DNA of 55,683 nt from a virus (taxonomy: Duplodnaviria > Caudoviricetes): positions 1-55,683 of IMG/VR virus record IMGVR_UViG_3300023174_000203, one strand, 5' to 3'. Within the stretch, counting starts at the first letter, position 1. Each line of letters opens with the position of its first letter. This document shows positions 17,223-27,430 of this stretch, piece after piece. Below the pieces are notes generated by a model that was not told where the DNA came from, made no database searches, and saw nothing but the letters and a program-made list of their open reading frames with translations. The position numbers and the translations under genes are program-made.

Positions 17223-17548
17223 GATAGATCAAACCCAAATGATTTAACAGAATCCCAACGGAATGACCGCCAATCCTGTTTCTCTAAATCAAAAACTCTG
17301 ATTGCTTCGTCAGAAGATACGCTAGTTGTTTTTTCTTTAGGTCTTTTGTTTTCCGGGATTCTTGACTCGACAAGCGTACACTTAATGACCCTTTCTGAGC
17401 CATCTTTTTTGGTGAAAGTAATGCACACTGCTGGAACGTTTTCATCTATTAGTAATCCCTTAATGTAATTTTTAATATCATTAATTTCTTTCTCAACACT
17501 AGCAACTAGTGCTTGATCGATAGTATCAAAATCAGTATCTGTAGTCAT
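17219..17548 (-). CDS. SH3/Sm-like (WYL_2/DUF2693-like) protein
   Basis: FTKKDGSERVIKCTL...VFDLEKQDWRSFR motif. Confidence 0.75.
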   Translation of the reverse strand: MTTDTDFDTIDQALVASVEKEINDIKNYIKGLLIDENVPAVCITFTKKDGSERVIKCTLVESRIPENKRPKEKTTSVSSDEAIRVFDLEKQDWRSFRWDSVKSFGFDLS

Positions 17549-17551
17549 AAT

Positions 17552-18052
17552 TTATCCAAAAAAATAATCAAATGAATCACTGTTAGCAATATAATACAGT
17601 AACAACTTTTCTTCTCTTCTAAATGCTTCCTTTTCCCATGGAAGCTTTTCATACTTTATCTTATCTTGATTAATATATCTTCCTTTCCATTTATTTTTTT
17701 CTACACTCCTTGTCATATACTTCAATTGCTTATACGCAAACTGCTTTACATGTACCATCTCATGCGCTAATGTACGAAATACGTCTATTCGATTAGCTCT
17801 AGTATTTGATAGTGGAGTGATAGTAATTTTAAAACGACGAGGAGTTAATGATTCAGATAATACTTCACATTCGCCTTGTGTATCACCTTCAAGTTCATGT
17901 TTATATCTTAAATGAATATTTAAATTTACTACTAATTGTGGAGCCATTAAATGATTTGCATAATATTCTATTGCATCACGGAAATGGTTTTTCATTTCAA
18001 TAGGCATCACACCAGATATTCTAATCTGTGGTTTACTCATACCTTTCTCCAT
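17552..18052 (-). CDS. Zincin metallopeptidase-like protein
   Basis: LAHEMVH (HExxH) and PWEKEA. Confidence 0.75.
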   Translation of the reverse strand: MEKGMSKPQIRISGVMPIEMKNHFRDAIEYYANHLMAPQLVVNLNIHLRYKHELEGDTQGECEVLSESLTPRRFKITITPLSNTRANRIDVFRTLAHEMVHVKQFAYKQLKYMTRSVEKNKWKGRYINQDKIKYEKLPWEKEAFRREEKLLLYYIANSDSFDYFFG

Positions 18053-18061
18053 TTGTGGTTA

Positions 18062-18090
18062 ATTATATACCAAAATCACAAAGAAGTACA
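18062..18090 (-). promoter_or_regulatory. Promoter TGTACT-N17-TATAAT
   Basis: Exact motif and spacing. Confidence 0.8.
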
Positions 18091-18124
18091 CAGTTATTTT
18101 TTAATATCTAGATGACAATATTGC

Positions 18125-19507
18125 TTATTTGAAACCATCAAAGGATGGCTTACGTTCTGCTTTCATACCTTGGCCAAAAGGTGATTGATCCATAAGCGGA
18201 GTATCATCGATTAGAAGATCTTCTTGTGCAGATTGTTCTACATCATAGAGTTTCATTCTAGCTCGATCAACACCAATAACAAATCGTTTATTAATAGAAG
18301 GATCAGCATAACGATTCTTTAATTGTTTAACCATCATCTGATTTAAAGCATGAAGCTCATCAGTCGAGATAAGTGCAAACATAAAATCTGCAGTTGCAGG
18401 AAGACCAAAAGATTCTGAAGTATCCTCAAGACCTACATCCGAATTAGAAAAACCAGAACGAGTTGTTTGAGTAGCAGAGAAGATAGGAACATTATACTCT
18501 ACAGCCAAACCACGAAGTTCTTCTGCAATAGCTTTAACGTACGTATAGCTATTTACATTCGCTCCATACTTAAGTCTAGAAGAAGAACAGATGTTTAGAT
18601 AATCGATATAGATGACATCAGGAATAAAATCTTTCTTCATCTTCAATTCATTTAGAAGATGACGAAAGTTGCCAGATCCTGCAGAAGCAGTAGGATATTC
18701 CTTTATGATTAGTTTACCTTTAGTCTTATCTTTTAACCGATTCATCTTTTTATCATAAGACTCTTTAGTTAGAAGACTTAACTCGTCGATTGTGACGTCG
18801 AGCAAGTTTGCGTCGATTCTTTCTGCAATTTTTTCTTCGGCCATTTCGAGGGTGATGTACAAGACGTTGTTTCCTTTGGTAAGGTTGGCGGCAGCACAAT
18901 GACACATGAACAAAGACTTACCGACACCAGTACCAGCAAGGGCAATATTAAGCGTCTTTTTAGGGACACCGCCTTTGGTGATTTTATTAAAATATTCGAG
19001 GTCAAATGGAATCCTTACTTCAGTTCGATGATAAAATTCAAAACGACTATCTGCATCATCAATAAAATCATGACCAATATGTGTATCAAAAGATACTGAT
19101 AACGCTTTAGTTAAAACATCGGGGATCATTCCCTTACTTGTTTTACCAGACTTATCATCAAGGATACGAATAGAATCCATGATGGCATTGTAGATAGCTT
19201 TGTCTTGACAGAATTTTTCAGTATTATCAAGAAGCCACTCATCATTTACTTCAGATACTTGTAGCTCATTAATCTTACTTTGAATAGAAGCAAATTGAGA
19301 ATCAGTTAAACCTTCTAAACCATGAAGATCAACAGATAATGCTTCTTTATTTGGGAATTTATTATACGTCTTTACATACTCTTCGATAAGACCAAAAACA
19401 ATTCTTTGATCGTTATCTGTAAAATACTCAGACCTCAAATAAGGAATGGTCTTGCGACCATAATCCTCATTCGAGATAAGGTTACTCAGAATTGTATTTT
19501 CTATCAT
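18125..19507 (-). CDS. 41: Replicative DNA helicase (T4 gp41)
   Basis: [37 protein letters not shown]. Confidence 0.97.
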   Translation of the reverse strand: MIENTILSNLISNEDYGRKTIPYLRSEYFTDNDQRIVFGLIEEYVKTYNKFPNKEALSVDLHGLEGLTDSQFASIQSKINELQVSEVNDEWLLDNTEKFCQDKAIYNAIMDSIRILDDKSGKTSKGMIPDVLTKALSVSFDTHIGHDFIDDADSRFEFYHRTEVRIPFDLEYFNKITKGGVPKKTLNIALAGTGVGKSLFMCHCAAANLTKGNNVLYITLEMAEEKIAERIDANLLDVTIDELSLLTKESYDKKMNRLKDKTKGKLIIKEYPTASAGSGNFRHLLNELKMKKDFIPDVIYIDYLNICSSSRLKYGANVNSYTYVKAIAEELRGLAVEYNVPIFSATQTTRSGFSNSDVGLEDTSESFGLPATADFMFALISTDELHALNQMMVKQLKNRYADPSINKRFVIGVDRARMKLYDVEQSAQEDLLIDDTPLMDQSPFGQGMKAERKPSFDGFK

Positions 19508-20574
19508 TCAACACTTTCGAGCTCATTTTCTTCTACATCTTCTAGATCTGCTGGTGAAGCACCACCATAACTAAACTCAAGTTTAGCAGCATCATCAAGT
19601 AGTTGTAAAATCTCAGGTGTAAAATACTTTTCTGGATTTTCATTGATGTTCTTACCAAAGACCTTAGTTCCATCAGGTAGTTCATAACGAGTAGAAACTT
19701 TCTTGATGATTTCATACTTCTCAGCAAGATCTAGAAGGCCATAATACTTATCAAGACCTCTAGAATAAGACAACCTAACTTCAACTTGTCCATTCTCTTT
19801 TGACATGCGCGATTTATACATCTTTACACGAATAATGTTACCAATAATATCAGTACCATCTTTATCTTTCTTCTTTGAAAGCATTGCGATAGTAGATGCT
19901 GCATACTTAAGACCTGAACCACCAGCGATCTCATTCATTGGAACGTAAGAGCCAACTGCTGCATAAACGTGATTAGTAACTAACATAGGGATCTTAGCAC
20001 GTGCAAGTTTCAATGTAAGAACACGGAAAGTTGCTTTGATGATCTGAGCCTTTGTCATATCACGTGTTTCTTTACCTTCAGCAGTATCTTCCATCTCTTT
20101 AGTAGTTGACATCATACCCAAAGAATCAAGGATGAACATCATAGGTGGACGTTTATCTTTATGAGTCTTTTCGTATGCTTCAATTGTCTTAAGAGCGTGA
20201 TAACGAAAACCTTGAATCGTAGATGGCTCAGAGATAATAACACGTGTAGTATCAATACCTCTTTCTTCCATCATTTCTTTTGTCACTGCGGCTTCTGTAT
20301 CGTAGTAGACAACTCCTCCTGTTGGGTTCTTGTCAAGGAAGGCTCTAAGGACACCAAGTACGAAGAAAGTTTTACCAGTAGCAGACTCTCCTGCAAAAGC
20401 AGTAATCTTGTTATTAGGTATGCCACCATAGATGCTACCAGAGAAAACAGCGTTGAGAATATAGCTACCAGTATCAACAAAACCAGTAAACTCAGCACTA
20501 CCAGCGCCGTCACTGGCCAAAGTAGTATCTTCATCTTTGATATCATTTATCAAATCCTTAAAAAAATTGCTCAT
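19504..20574 (-). CDS. uvsX: RecA-like recombinase
   Basis: [27 protein letters not shown]; adjacent to gp41. Confidence 0.95.
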   Translation of the reverse strand: MSNFFKDLINDIKDEDTTLASDGAGSAEFTGFVDTGSYILNAVFSGSIYGGIPNNKITAFAGESATGKTFFVLGVLRAFLDKNPTGGVVYYDTEAAVTKEMMEERGIDTTRVIISEPSTIQGFRYHALKTIEAYEKTHKDKRPPMMFILDSLGMMSTTKEMEDTAEGKETRDMTKAQIIKATFRVLTLKLARAKIPMLVTNHVYAAVGSYVPMNEIAGGSGLKYAASTIAMLSKKKDKDGTDIIGNIIRVKMYKSRMSKENGQVEVRLSYSRGLDKYYGLLDLAEKYEIIKKVSTRYELPDGTKVFGKNINENPEKYFTPEILQLLDDAAKLEFSYGGASPADLEDVEENELESVE

Positions 20575-20603
20575 CTTATCTCCATGTTTAGACCGACTAT
20601 AGC

Positions 20604-20632
20604 ATTATAACTCATAACAAAAATTAAGTACA
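20604..20632 (-). promoter_or_regulatory. Promoter TGTACT-N17-TATAAT (uvsX-41)
   Basis: Exact motif and spacing. Confidence 0.8.
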
Positions 20633-20872
20633 TTATTTTTTCTTCGGCTTTACTGGAACTTTCTTAGTAGTAGTTTTTGCTGGAGTAGCTTTAACTTTAG
20701 GAGCAGCAGCTTTCTTTGTCTTAGGAGCAGGTTTCGGAGCTGGTGGAGTTTGTGCTGGTGGTTGATTAATAACTGGCTGAATCGGTGTAGTAGGTTGCAC
20801 TTTAGCTTCAGTTTCTTTTTTAATTTCTTCAGCACTTGGAATTGCAAAAATGGATTTTAAAAATTTTAACAT
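20633..20872 (-). CDS. Small Lys/Pro/Ala-rich protein
   Basis: Amphipathic N-terminus plus histone H1-like tail; AGGAG SD. Confidence 0.7.
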   Translation of the reverse strand: MLKFLKSIFAIPSAEEIKKETEAKVQPTTPIQPVINQPPAQTPPAPKPAPKTKKAAAPKVKATPAKTTTKKVPVKPKKK

Positions 20873-20882
20873 GATATTCTCC

Positions 20883-21743
20883 TTAATCTATTTTCATGAT
20901 TGACTTGCGGTTTATACGAATTACATCATTCTTCTTTTTATCCAGAAAGTCTCTAGTTGCATCTATCCAAGAGGACTTATCTTTCTTTTCTCTTGGCTTT
21001 CTTTCAACTACAGGTTTTTCTGGTTTTTTATTTAACCCAATGTTTGCAGCTATTAGTAAGATAACTGCTAATGGATCAAACACCATAACAATAATTATAA
21101 TCACCCACCGAATCGCATTATCTAAATACTTATTTGAATCTTCACCATAGACTAGATCTGCTATGTATTTTATAGGACCAACTTCTGCTGTAAATGATGC
21201 ATTCTCTTTTAAGAGCGGAGTTAACTCAGTATTGAGGTCCTTAATTTTATTATTCGAAGTACGTATATTAGTACTAATGGCCTCTCGTTCTTTTTTCTGT
21301 CGTACGCGAATAACATTAGCATCTTTTGGATCAGCAGAAGACACGAGTCGATCGAGAGTATCGAGACTAGTTTGATTATTTCCAATATTTTTTTCTTCAC
21401 TTTCAATCTCTCTTTGAAGGTTCTTAATAACAATAGTATTTGTATTTGCGCCTAATGTTTGATCCATATGCGCTTTAGATAAGAATCCAAAGATACCCAT
21501 ACTTGTGATGAACATCAACAATATAACTGCACCTACTAGATAATATCTAACAGCACGAGGAGCTATATCCCAATTATCATATACCCATGATGCAGCTACA
21601 AGTTTACTAAACTCTAATGCACTTCCCATGATTATAATAGGAATAGCCGAAGCAGAGAAAATAGCAACAAGGCCTACTATAGAATAGTAAGCAGCAACTG
21701 CAGATATAAAGATTGCACTTAATAAAGCAAGATAATTAATCAT
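20883..21743 (-). CDS. Membrane protein with central coiled coil
   Basis: N-terminal TMs, GIFGFLSKAH, EVGPIKY, VFDPLAV. Confidence 0.75.
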   Translation of the reverse strand: MINYLALLSAIFISAVAAYYSIVGLVAIFSASAIPIIIMGSALEFSKLVAASWVYDNWDIAPRAVRYYLVGAVILLMFITSMGIFGFLSKAHMDQTLGANTNTIVIKNLQREIESEEKNIGNNQTSLDTLDRLVSSADPKDANVIRVRQKKEREAISTNIRTSNNKIKDLNTELTPLLKENASFTAEVGPIKYIADLVYGEDSNKYLDNAIRWVIIIIVMVFDPLAVILLIAANIGLNKKPEKPVVERKPREKKDKSSWIDATRDFLDKKKNDVIRINRKSIMKID

Positions 21744-22017
21744 TGACGTATTTGTCCAATTTAGCTATAAAGGTTTTTATCTTCTCCGTCCTATTTGGCC
21801 AATAGATATATTCTTTATCAGGATTTGCCATTAGATTCTTAAGAAGAGGTAAAATCATATTCCTCATACCTTCTAATTTATTTTTAGTTTCATGCACAAC
21901 CACTGTTGACTGTTGAAGTTCAGTCTGCAATTGTTTTTCCATCGTCCTTAGTTCATCTTCACTTACTACAGAAAAACCAAAATCAAAATCATCATCTAAA
22001 TCCGTTGTTGTTTTCAT
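21736..22017 (-). CDS. Conserved hypothetical protein
   Basis: FDFGFS...NPDKEYIYWPNR; ATGA-coupled start at 22017. Confidence 0.7.
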   Translation of the reverse strand: MKTTTDLDDDFDFGFSVVSEDELRTMEKQLQTELQQSTVVVHETKNKLEGMRNMILPLLKNLMANPDKEYIYWPNRTEKIKTFIAKLDKYVND

Positions 22018-24533
22018 GAGAAAAAGTCCTGTAAAGTTGCTTTCTTTTCTGATTTCCAATTGATGGCATCAAGAATAATCTGCAGTGGATCAAGAAATGA
22101 TTTCTCAAACTGAAGATCATAATCAATATACTCATCTAAATTAAATTCTTTTGGAAGAGTATTTATGAATGAGATTACATTCTCGTTGATCTTATTAGGT
22201 TTACGAAGATAAAGGAATTTAATCTTATCACCTTCATTGATCAATTGATGTTTCTTATCAAGTTTATTCTTAACAAGAAGATCATTGAATAACAAAGCAC
22301 CACGAACATGGATAGGGGTTCCTTTACCATAGATTGTTGACTTATCCATATACTTCTTTAAGTCATTAATACCACGTGGAAATGCTGCTTCAGCAGGAGA
22401 TAGTGATCTAAACTCTTCACGATAATCTTTTACTGCCTGTTGAAGAGCACTTTCATCTCGATGAAGAATTATCTGTAGAAAATCTGAAAATTTATTTCTA
22501 ACTACCATTGGTGTTGAAGACTTAACCATCTCAAGACCCATCACCTTAACTTTTGGCTTTGCGTATTGAACACCTTCTGAGTTATGCACATTCAGAATAT
22601 ATCTTTTCTTTGCAACCCAAATACCCTTATCAGCAAGTACTTCTCGCTTCATAATCATCTTCTGAGAGAAGGCATTCATCATACTCGCAAGTTCTTGATA
22701 CGACTCATCGATATATGGTTGTATTTGTAGTTCACAAACTCTATCCATGAAATCAATAACTTTAGATCCTGATATCGCTACTGAACCATCAACACCGTAT
22801 ATTTTTTCAACCAGCTTTTGAAGTGATAGATAAACAGAATCGGTATCGATAGCGATAACATAATCACTCTCAGTCTTTAATAGTTCATTCATATGTTCAT
22901 TAAGTTTATTCGCGATCCAACGAATACTCAATTGACCAGATAATGTAATACCTTCAGCGATACGAATATCATAATAACGGAAGTATTGATTACCAATCGC
23001 GCCATAAGCACAATTCATTGCGATCTTCAAACCCATTTGAAGATTATTTAGACGTGATATTTCTTTTTGTAGAGATTCATCTTTAGTCTTTTCATACTCT
23101 TGCTGAATCTTTAACATCTGCTTCTTAAACTTAGATCGATCAGTATACATCTTTTCCATTAACTCAGGCAGGAAACCTTTTATATCTTTACGATAACACC
23201 AACCGTTTGCAGTCATCGTATAATTTTGATTCTTAATATTATCAATATTAACTTCTTTATTCAACAACTTTTCAACATTTGTATTAACCATATAATTATG
23301 CACCAATGTTTCAGGTGATATATTATACTGCATGATAAGATGTGGATACAGAGAATTTAAATCGAATGATGCAACCCACTTATGCATACCACATATTGGA
23401 TCTTTAACATAAGCACCTTCAAATGCTTCTGATTTACTTGTACGTTTCTTCTGTGGAATAACAACATTCTTATCACGTAAATGATTGTAGATTATTGTAT
23501 CCCACATTCGAACTTGACCAAATGCTTCTTGATAGTTGATCTTAGCATTATATGCCATAGTAAGAAGCAGTTGAATAAGCTTCATCTTATCTTCAAGGCG
23601 GTCAACAAGATCTACATCTCGAATATTATAGATGACAAACTTATTCCAATCTTTTGTATAGAACTCTTTAAAGTTCTCATACTCACTGTGATCAATTTTA
23701 TTTTCACCAAGTTCTACAAAAGCGATGTGGTCAAGTCGATATGATTCTTGTGCTGTGTATGTGTATTTTTTATAAAGGTTTAGATAATCAACGATCGCAA
23801 CACCAGGGATCTCATACGTGATCTCTTCATTGCCACGCATATCAACAGTGCGTTCATTAATCAACATCCATGGTGATAGACGACGTGATGCACCTTCAGG
23901 CATGATGCGCTCGATACGACGAACGAGATATGGAATATCAAAGAAGTCGATGTTCCAACCAGTTACAACATCAGGATTAATTCTTTCCCAACGATCAAGG
24001 AACTTAGCGATCAAATCAAATTCATTCTTACATTCAATATATTCAGTGAATGGTTTCTTTGTTCCAGTAAATGGACGTGAACCAAACGTTGTAATATGTT
24101 TTGATTTGTTGTCTTGAATAGTGATAAGCAATAGTTCTTCATTCGCAGCTTTGATATTTGGGAAACCTTCTTCAGTTGCAGTTTCTATATCTAAAGAATA
24201 AATGCGAATTAAATCAGGATCATACTTAACTTCACCCGAATAAACATCACTAATGAACTGCGCAGTGTAACTTGAGTTACCAAAGATTTCGAAGTTATTT
24301 ACTTCTTCATATCGAGAGATGAAGTCGCGACAATCACGAATAGAATCAAATTTGATGGGATATGCTGTGCGTCCATCAAGAGTCTTAAACTCAGATTTCT
24401 CTTTTGTTGCAGATGATAGAACATACATCGTTGGTTTATAACCAACTTTCAATTTAAATTGAGAACCGTTATCGTAACCACGGACGAGGATGTTGTTACC
24501 TTGTTGGTAAACATTTGTATAAAATTTATTCAT
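22014..24533 (-). CDS. 43: Family B DNA polymerase (T4 gp43)
   Basis: DIET exonuclease motif, SFDLNSLYP, KIAMNCAYG, IDTDS, C-terminal clamp motif LQDFF. Confidence 0.98.
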   Translation of the reverse strand: MNKFYTNVYQQGNNILVRGYDNGSQFKLKVGYKPTMYVLSSATKEKSEFKTLDGRTAYPIKFDSIRDCRDFISRYEEVNNFEIFGNSSYTAQFISDVYSGEVKYDPDLIRIYSLDIETATEEGFPNIKAANEELLLITIQDNKSKHITTFGSRPFTGTKKPFTEYIECKNEFDLIAKFLDRWERINPDVVTGWNIDFFDIPYLVRRIERIMPEGASRRLSPWMLINERTVDMRGNEEITYEIPGVAIVDYLNLYKKYTYTAQESYRLDHIAFVELGENKIDHSEYENFKEFYTKDWNKFVIYNIRDVDLVDRLEDKMKLIQLLLTMAYNAKINYQEAFGQVRMWDTIIYNHLRDKNVVIPQKKRTSKSEAFEGAYVKDPICGMHKWVASFDLNSLYPHLIMQYNISPETLVHNYMVNTNVEKLLNKEVNIDNIKNQNYTMTANGWCYRKDIKGFLPELMEKMYTDRSKFKKQMLKIQQEYEKTKDESLQKEISRLNNLQMGLKIAMNCAYGAIGNQYFRYYDIRIAEGITLSGQLSIRWIANKLNEHMNELLKTESDYVIAIDTDSVYLSLQKLVEKIYGVDGSVAISGSKVIDFMDRVCELQIQPYIDESYQELASMMNAFSQKMIMKREVLADKGIWVAKKRYILNVHNSEGVQYAKPKVKVMGLEMVKSSTPMVVRNKFSDFLQIILHRDESALQQAVKDYREEFRSLSPAEAAFPRGINDLKKYMDKSTIYGKGTPIHVRGALLFNDLLVKNKLDKKHQLINEGDKIKFLYLRKPNKINENVISFINTLPKEFNLDEYIDYDLQFEKSFLDPLQIILDAINWKSEKKATLQDFFS

Positions 24534-24539
24534 TCAGTC

Positions 24540-24568
24540 ATTATATACTAGATTCAATAATAAGTACA
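24540..24568 (-). promoter_or_regulatory. Promoter TGTACT-N17-TATAAT (gp43)
   Basis: Exact motif; TATAAT ends 6 nt before the ATG. Confidence 0.8.
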
Positions 24569-24586
24569 CAGGGGCTTTCGCCCCTG
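24569..24586 (-). terminator. Hairpin/terminator after hsp20
   Basis: CAGGGGC-GAAA-GCCCCTG; weak U tract on minus, T-rich on plus side. Confidence 0.7.
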
Positions 24587-24613
24587 GTTTTCTTTTACTT
24601 AGAAAGACGATGA

Positions 24614-25087
24614 TTACTCATCAGATTTTTCTTTGATAGAAATTTTCTTTGCTTTCTTAGCTTCTGGAATTAGTCTTTCTAACCAGATTTTCAATAGACC
24701 ATTAATATATTCTGCGTTCTTAATCTCTACAGAATCTGCAATAGTGAATGAACGAGTGAAAGCGCGATCGGAGATACCTTTCCACAGATAGTTGACATTG
24801 TCACTTTCTTCTGTTTCCGATCCAAGTATTGAACTGCCCTTTACTGTAAGAATGCCTTCATTGATCTCAACGTCTAGTTCTTGTTTAGAAAAACCAGCAA
24901 CGGCAAGTTCAATGACGTATCTGTTTTCATCAACTTTTTTGATGTTGTATGGAGGATAGTTCGGAATGTTTTTGGTTAGGTCATTATGAAGCTTAGTTAG
25001 TCTGTTGAGTTGTTCATCAAAACCAACAAAATGTTTATCAAAGTCCTTAAAACCGGGGCCAAACATTGCTAGATGATTCACGGTCAT
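24614..25087 (-). CDS. Small heat-shock protein (Hsp20/IbpA-like)
   Basis: YPPYNI, IELAVAGF, KGISDRAFTRSF, NGLLKI; start 25087 follows AGGAG. Confidence 0.95.
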   Translation of the reverse strand: MTVNHLAMFGPGFKDFDKHFVGFDEQLNRLTKLHNDLTKNIPNYPPYNIKKVDENRYVIELAVAGFSKQELDVEINEGILTVKGSSILGSETEESDNVNYLWKGISDRAFTRSFTIADSVEIKNAEYINGLLKIWLERLIPEAKKAKKISIKEKSDE

Positions 25088-25154
25088 GCTTTTTTCTCCT
25101 ATTAAGCGAGTAATTAAAATGTAGATCCCTAAGGCATCTACAGGTTTATTTATA
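25088..25154 (-). promoter_or_regulatory. Late promoter (25147-25154) and structured leader with ROSE-like hairpin
   Basis: TATAAATA; hairpin TGTAGAT...ATCTACA; CTCGCT-TAAT-AGGAG SD-sequestering hairpin. Confidence 0.65.
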
Positions 25155-25155
25155 T

Positions 25156-25231
25156 TGGAGCGGATGATCAGGTTCGAACTGACGACATTCTGCTTGGAAG
25201 GCAGACGCTCTACCAACTGAGCTACATCCGC
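25156..25231 (-). tRNA. tRNA-Gly (TCC)
   Basis: 76 nt cloverleaf GCGGATG...CATCCGC-T-CCA; anticodon arm TCTGC-CTTCCAA-GCAGA. Confidence 0.97.
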
Positions 25232-25232
25232 A

Positions 25233-25703
25233 TTATGCTGCTAATACAAACTTCAATCTATCTGCTGCATATGAAGCAGCAAATGCGTTTGGTTTTACCA
25301 TTGGTTCCACGTTGCATGTACCTTTAATATAACCAATTGCTTGTTGTACTACACAAGAAGATCCATAACGTTGATCTAGATTAATATCAAGATGAACTTC
25401 AACATGACGATCTTCTATTACATCTGCTAGTTTATGGAACATCTCTGATACTTTATAAACTTCTTGCATTAACCGTAAAGTTGGTTTATCTTTACGTTGA
25501 TCATAATCTCTTTCACGTTTAAAGTCACCAAATATTTTACATCCATGACAACCATCAATATGAATTACTACAGCAACAGTATAATCTGCATACCAAACTC
25601 CATTGATCCTTGAACGCTCTGAATCAGCGCCCAAATATATCTTTGTTTCCGGAGATTGTGCTAAAATGAAAGCTTTAACTTCTTCTATGTTTATATTTTT
25701 CAT
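25233..25703 (-). CDS. RNase H-like YkuK (DUF458) family protein
   Basis: IYLGADS, RLMQEV, EVHLDIN, ASYAAD. Confidence 0.8.
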   Translation of the reverse strand: MKNINIEEVKAFILAQSPETKIYLGADSERSRINGVWYADYTVAVVIHIDGCHGCKIFGDFKRERDYDQRKDKPTLRLMQEVYKVSEMFHKLADVIEDRHVEVHLDINLDQRYGSSCVVQQAIGYIKGTCNVEPMVKPNAFAASYAADRLKFVLAA

Positions 25704-25719
25704 GATAAAGCTTTATGGG

Positions 25720-25790
25720 CTACGATGCACGGACTCGAACCGCGACAGGCAGTTTTGGAGACTGCAGTGCTACCATTACACCACACCGTA
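25720..25790 (-). tRNA. tRNA-Trp (CCA)
   Basis: Acceptor TACGGTG/CATCGTA, anticodon arm GCAGT-CTCCAAA-ACTGC, T loop TTCGAGT; followed by CCCA. Confidence 0.92.
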
Positions 25791-25800
25791 ATTCTCTTTT

Positions 25801-25829
25801 ATTATATCAAGACTTCATTATAAAGTACA
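25801..25829 (-). promoter_or_regulatory. Promoter TGTACT-N17-TATAAT (tRNA-Trp unit)
   Basis: Exact motif and spacing. Confidence 0.8.
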
Positions 25830-25838
25830 CAAAAATTA

Positions 25839-26459
25839 TCAAAGTTTCTTATAAGAAGCTTTTCGTTGCCCTTTTTTCACTAATTGCCAATTATCATTTA
25901 GTAAATACTCTTCAACTTTATCATGATTATATTCTAATATGTCATCAAATACGAACATTGCTCCAGGAGACACTCTTGTTTTAAAGAAGTCAATCTCAGG
26001 ATATAGAATATGAGAAGCATGAGGACCATCAAAATGAACTAATGCATATTGATTGATAATCTGCTTATACTCATTATAGATGGGAACACCATCACCAAAA
26101 CGTTTAAAGAACTCTGTATCTTCCATTACAAAGAATAGAACATTAACAGGATGTTCTTGATACATGGCGTAGATATTCTTCAAACAATCATTGCGCATTT
26201 GGTTATGATAGTCTTGATGAATAATCTCACCTTCATCTCCACGAGGATAATCAATATTACCATATGGATCTACACAAATGTGTGTTCTATTTAGATCATC
26301 GTTACTAAAACAACCTTCGATAATCATCTTAGAGCCACCACCACGCCGAACTCCCAATTCACATGTCATTCCAGGAACACCTTTAATTGCACTAGCTGCT
26401 TCAAAAAGTGTTTCATACTCCAAGCTATCACCTGGAAGATCTACAATATTCAAATACAT
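25839..26459 (-). CDS. TylF/MycF-like class I SAM methyltransferase
   Basis: VPGMTCELGVRRGG, CVDPY, VHFDG, FVFDD. Confidence 0.75.
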   Translation of the reverse strand: MYLNIVDLPGDSLEYETLFEAASAIKGVPGMTCELGVRRGGGSKMIIEGCFSNDDLNRTHICVDPYGNIDYPRGDEGEIIHQDYHNQMRNDCLKNIYAMYQEHPVNVLFFVMEDTEFFKRFGDGVPIYNEYKQIINQYALVHFDGPHASHILYPEIDFFKTRVSPGAMFVFDDILEYNHDKVEEYLLNDNWQLVKKGQRKASYKKL

Positions 26460-26474
26460 AACAAACTCCTATAT

Positions 26475-26867
26475 TTACTTACGTCCAATATTGTACTTAG
26501 TGCACAATTCCCATTCATCTTTTTGCCCATAAGGCAAGATCTTAATATTATTCAATGTTGCTTTTGGTGATTCAATAGCAGATATATTTACTATCTTCAC
26601 CAGTCCCCATTCCTCTAATAATGCAATGATCGTATTACGACGGCCTTTATCTTCATCAGAGAAGTTAGTAGGCTTTCCATCTAATGCGAATAATTCTTTG
26701 AAATGCACGATGTAGTATTTACCTTGCTTATGAAGAATATGGCATGACTGATACAGTCTACGTTCCTTCTTGGCTGCTATACCAATACGAGAAAGAGTTT
26801 CTCTAATTTTAAGAAAGTCATCTTGTTCGTTCAATTTCACTTCAATGAGTGTTTCAACTATGTTCAT
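26475..26867 (-). CDS. regA: Translational repressor RegA
   Basis: DFLKIRETLSRIGIA, LYQSCHILHKQGKYYIVHFKE, KYNIG. Confidence 0.97.
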   Translation of the reverse strand: MNIVETLIEVKLNEQDDFLKIRETLSRIGIAAKKERRLYQSCHILHKQGKYYIVHFKELFALDGKPTNFSDEDKGRRNTIIALLEEWGLVKIVNISAIESPKATLNNIKILPYGQKDEWELCTKYNIGRK

Positions 26868-27256
26868 TTTTTAACTCCACCATTTTCCAGTCTTTCTCTT
26901 ATTATTTTTAACTGTTCGGCGGAAAGCAATGACAAAGCAACATCGGCGTTACGGTCATTATAACCATAATAAGTCTTAACTAAATCTCGATCATTGTTTT
27001 CAACCTTCTTAGCCCATTTAGAGAATCTCTTACCGGGCCTAATGATATTTATTAAATAATCAAATTGAAGTTTATTGTCTATCCCATGATGCATATTCAT
27101 CTGGTTTGCATCCATGATTGTATCAGTGAAATAAGATAGAGCTTTATTAGTCAAAAATGGGTTATATTCTTTCTCTAAGGCAGGATCTTCGTTAATAAGA
27201 TTCTTTTTAGTAGAATTAATAGCAGTAACGAAGTCAAATGGACTCATAGACACCAA
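26864..27256 (-). CDS. 62: Clamp loader small subunit (gp62)
   Basis: YNPFLTNKALS, KRFSKWAK, YYGYN; synteny with regA. Confidence 0.92.
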   Translation of the reverse strand: MVSMSPFDFVTAINSTKKNLINEDPALEKEYNPFLTNKALSYFTDTIMDANQMNMHHGIDNKLQFDYLINIIRPGKRFSKWAKKVENNDRDLVKTYYGYNDRNADVALSLLSAEQLKIIRERLENGGVKK

Positions 27257-27423
27257 TCCTCAGCAGCATCTTCAGCTAACTGCCGATGGGAATATGTGTG
27301 CTCTCGGTGTAGATTTTTTTCATAGTCTATCATAAGAACTTTATATGATTCTGTTGTAGTATCATATGATACTCTGCATTCTCTTTGGTCTCCAAAGAAA
27401 ACACTTATTTCTGTTCTTGTCAT
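27244..27423 (-). CDS. Small hypothetical protein
   Basis: C-terminal AEDAAEDW motif; likely start 27423. Confidence 0.7.
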   Translation of the reverse strand: MTRTEISVFFGDQRECRVSYDTTTESYKVLMIDYEKNLHREHTYSHRQLAEDAAEDWCL

Positions 27424-27430
27424 AATGATC

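Noticed and set aside
25088-25216. N-terminal extension of Hsp20 in the ORF track
   Set aside because: It overlaps tRNA-Gly and the late promoter; the SD supports a start at 25087.
25715-25984. Plus-strand 89 aa ORF
   Set aside because: Antisense to tRNA-Trp, its promoter and the methyltransferase gene.
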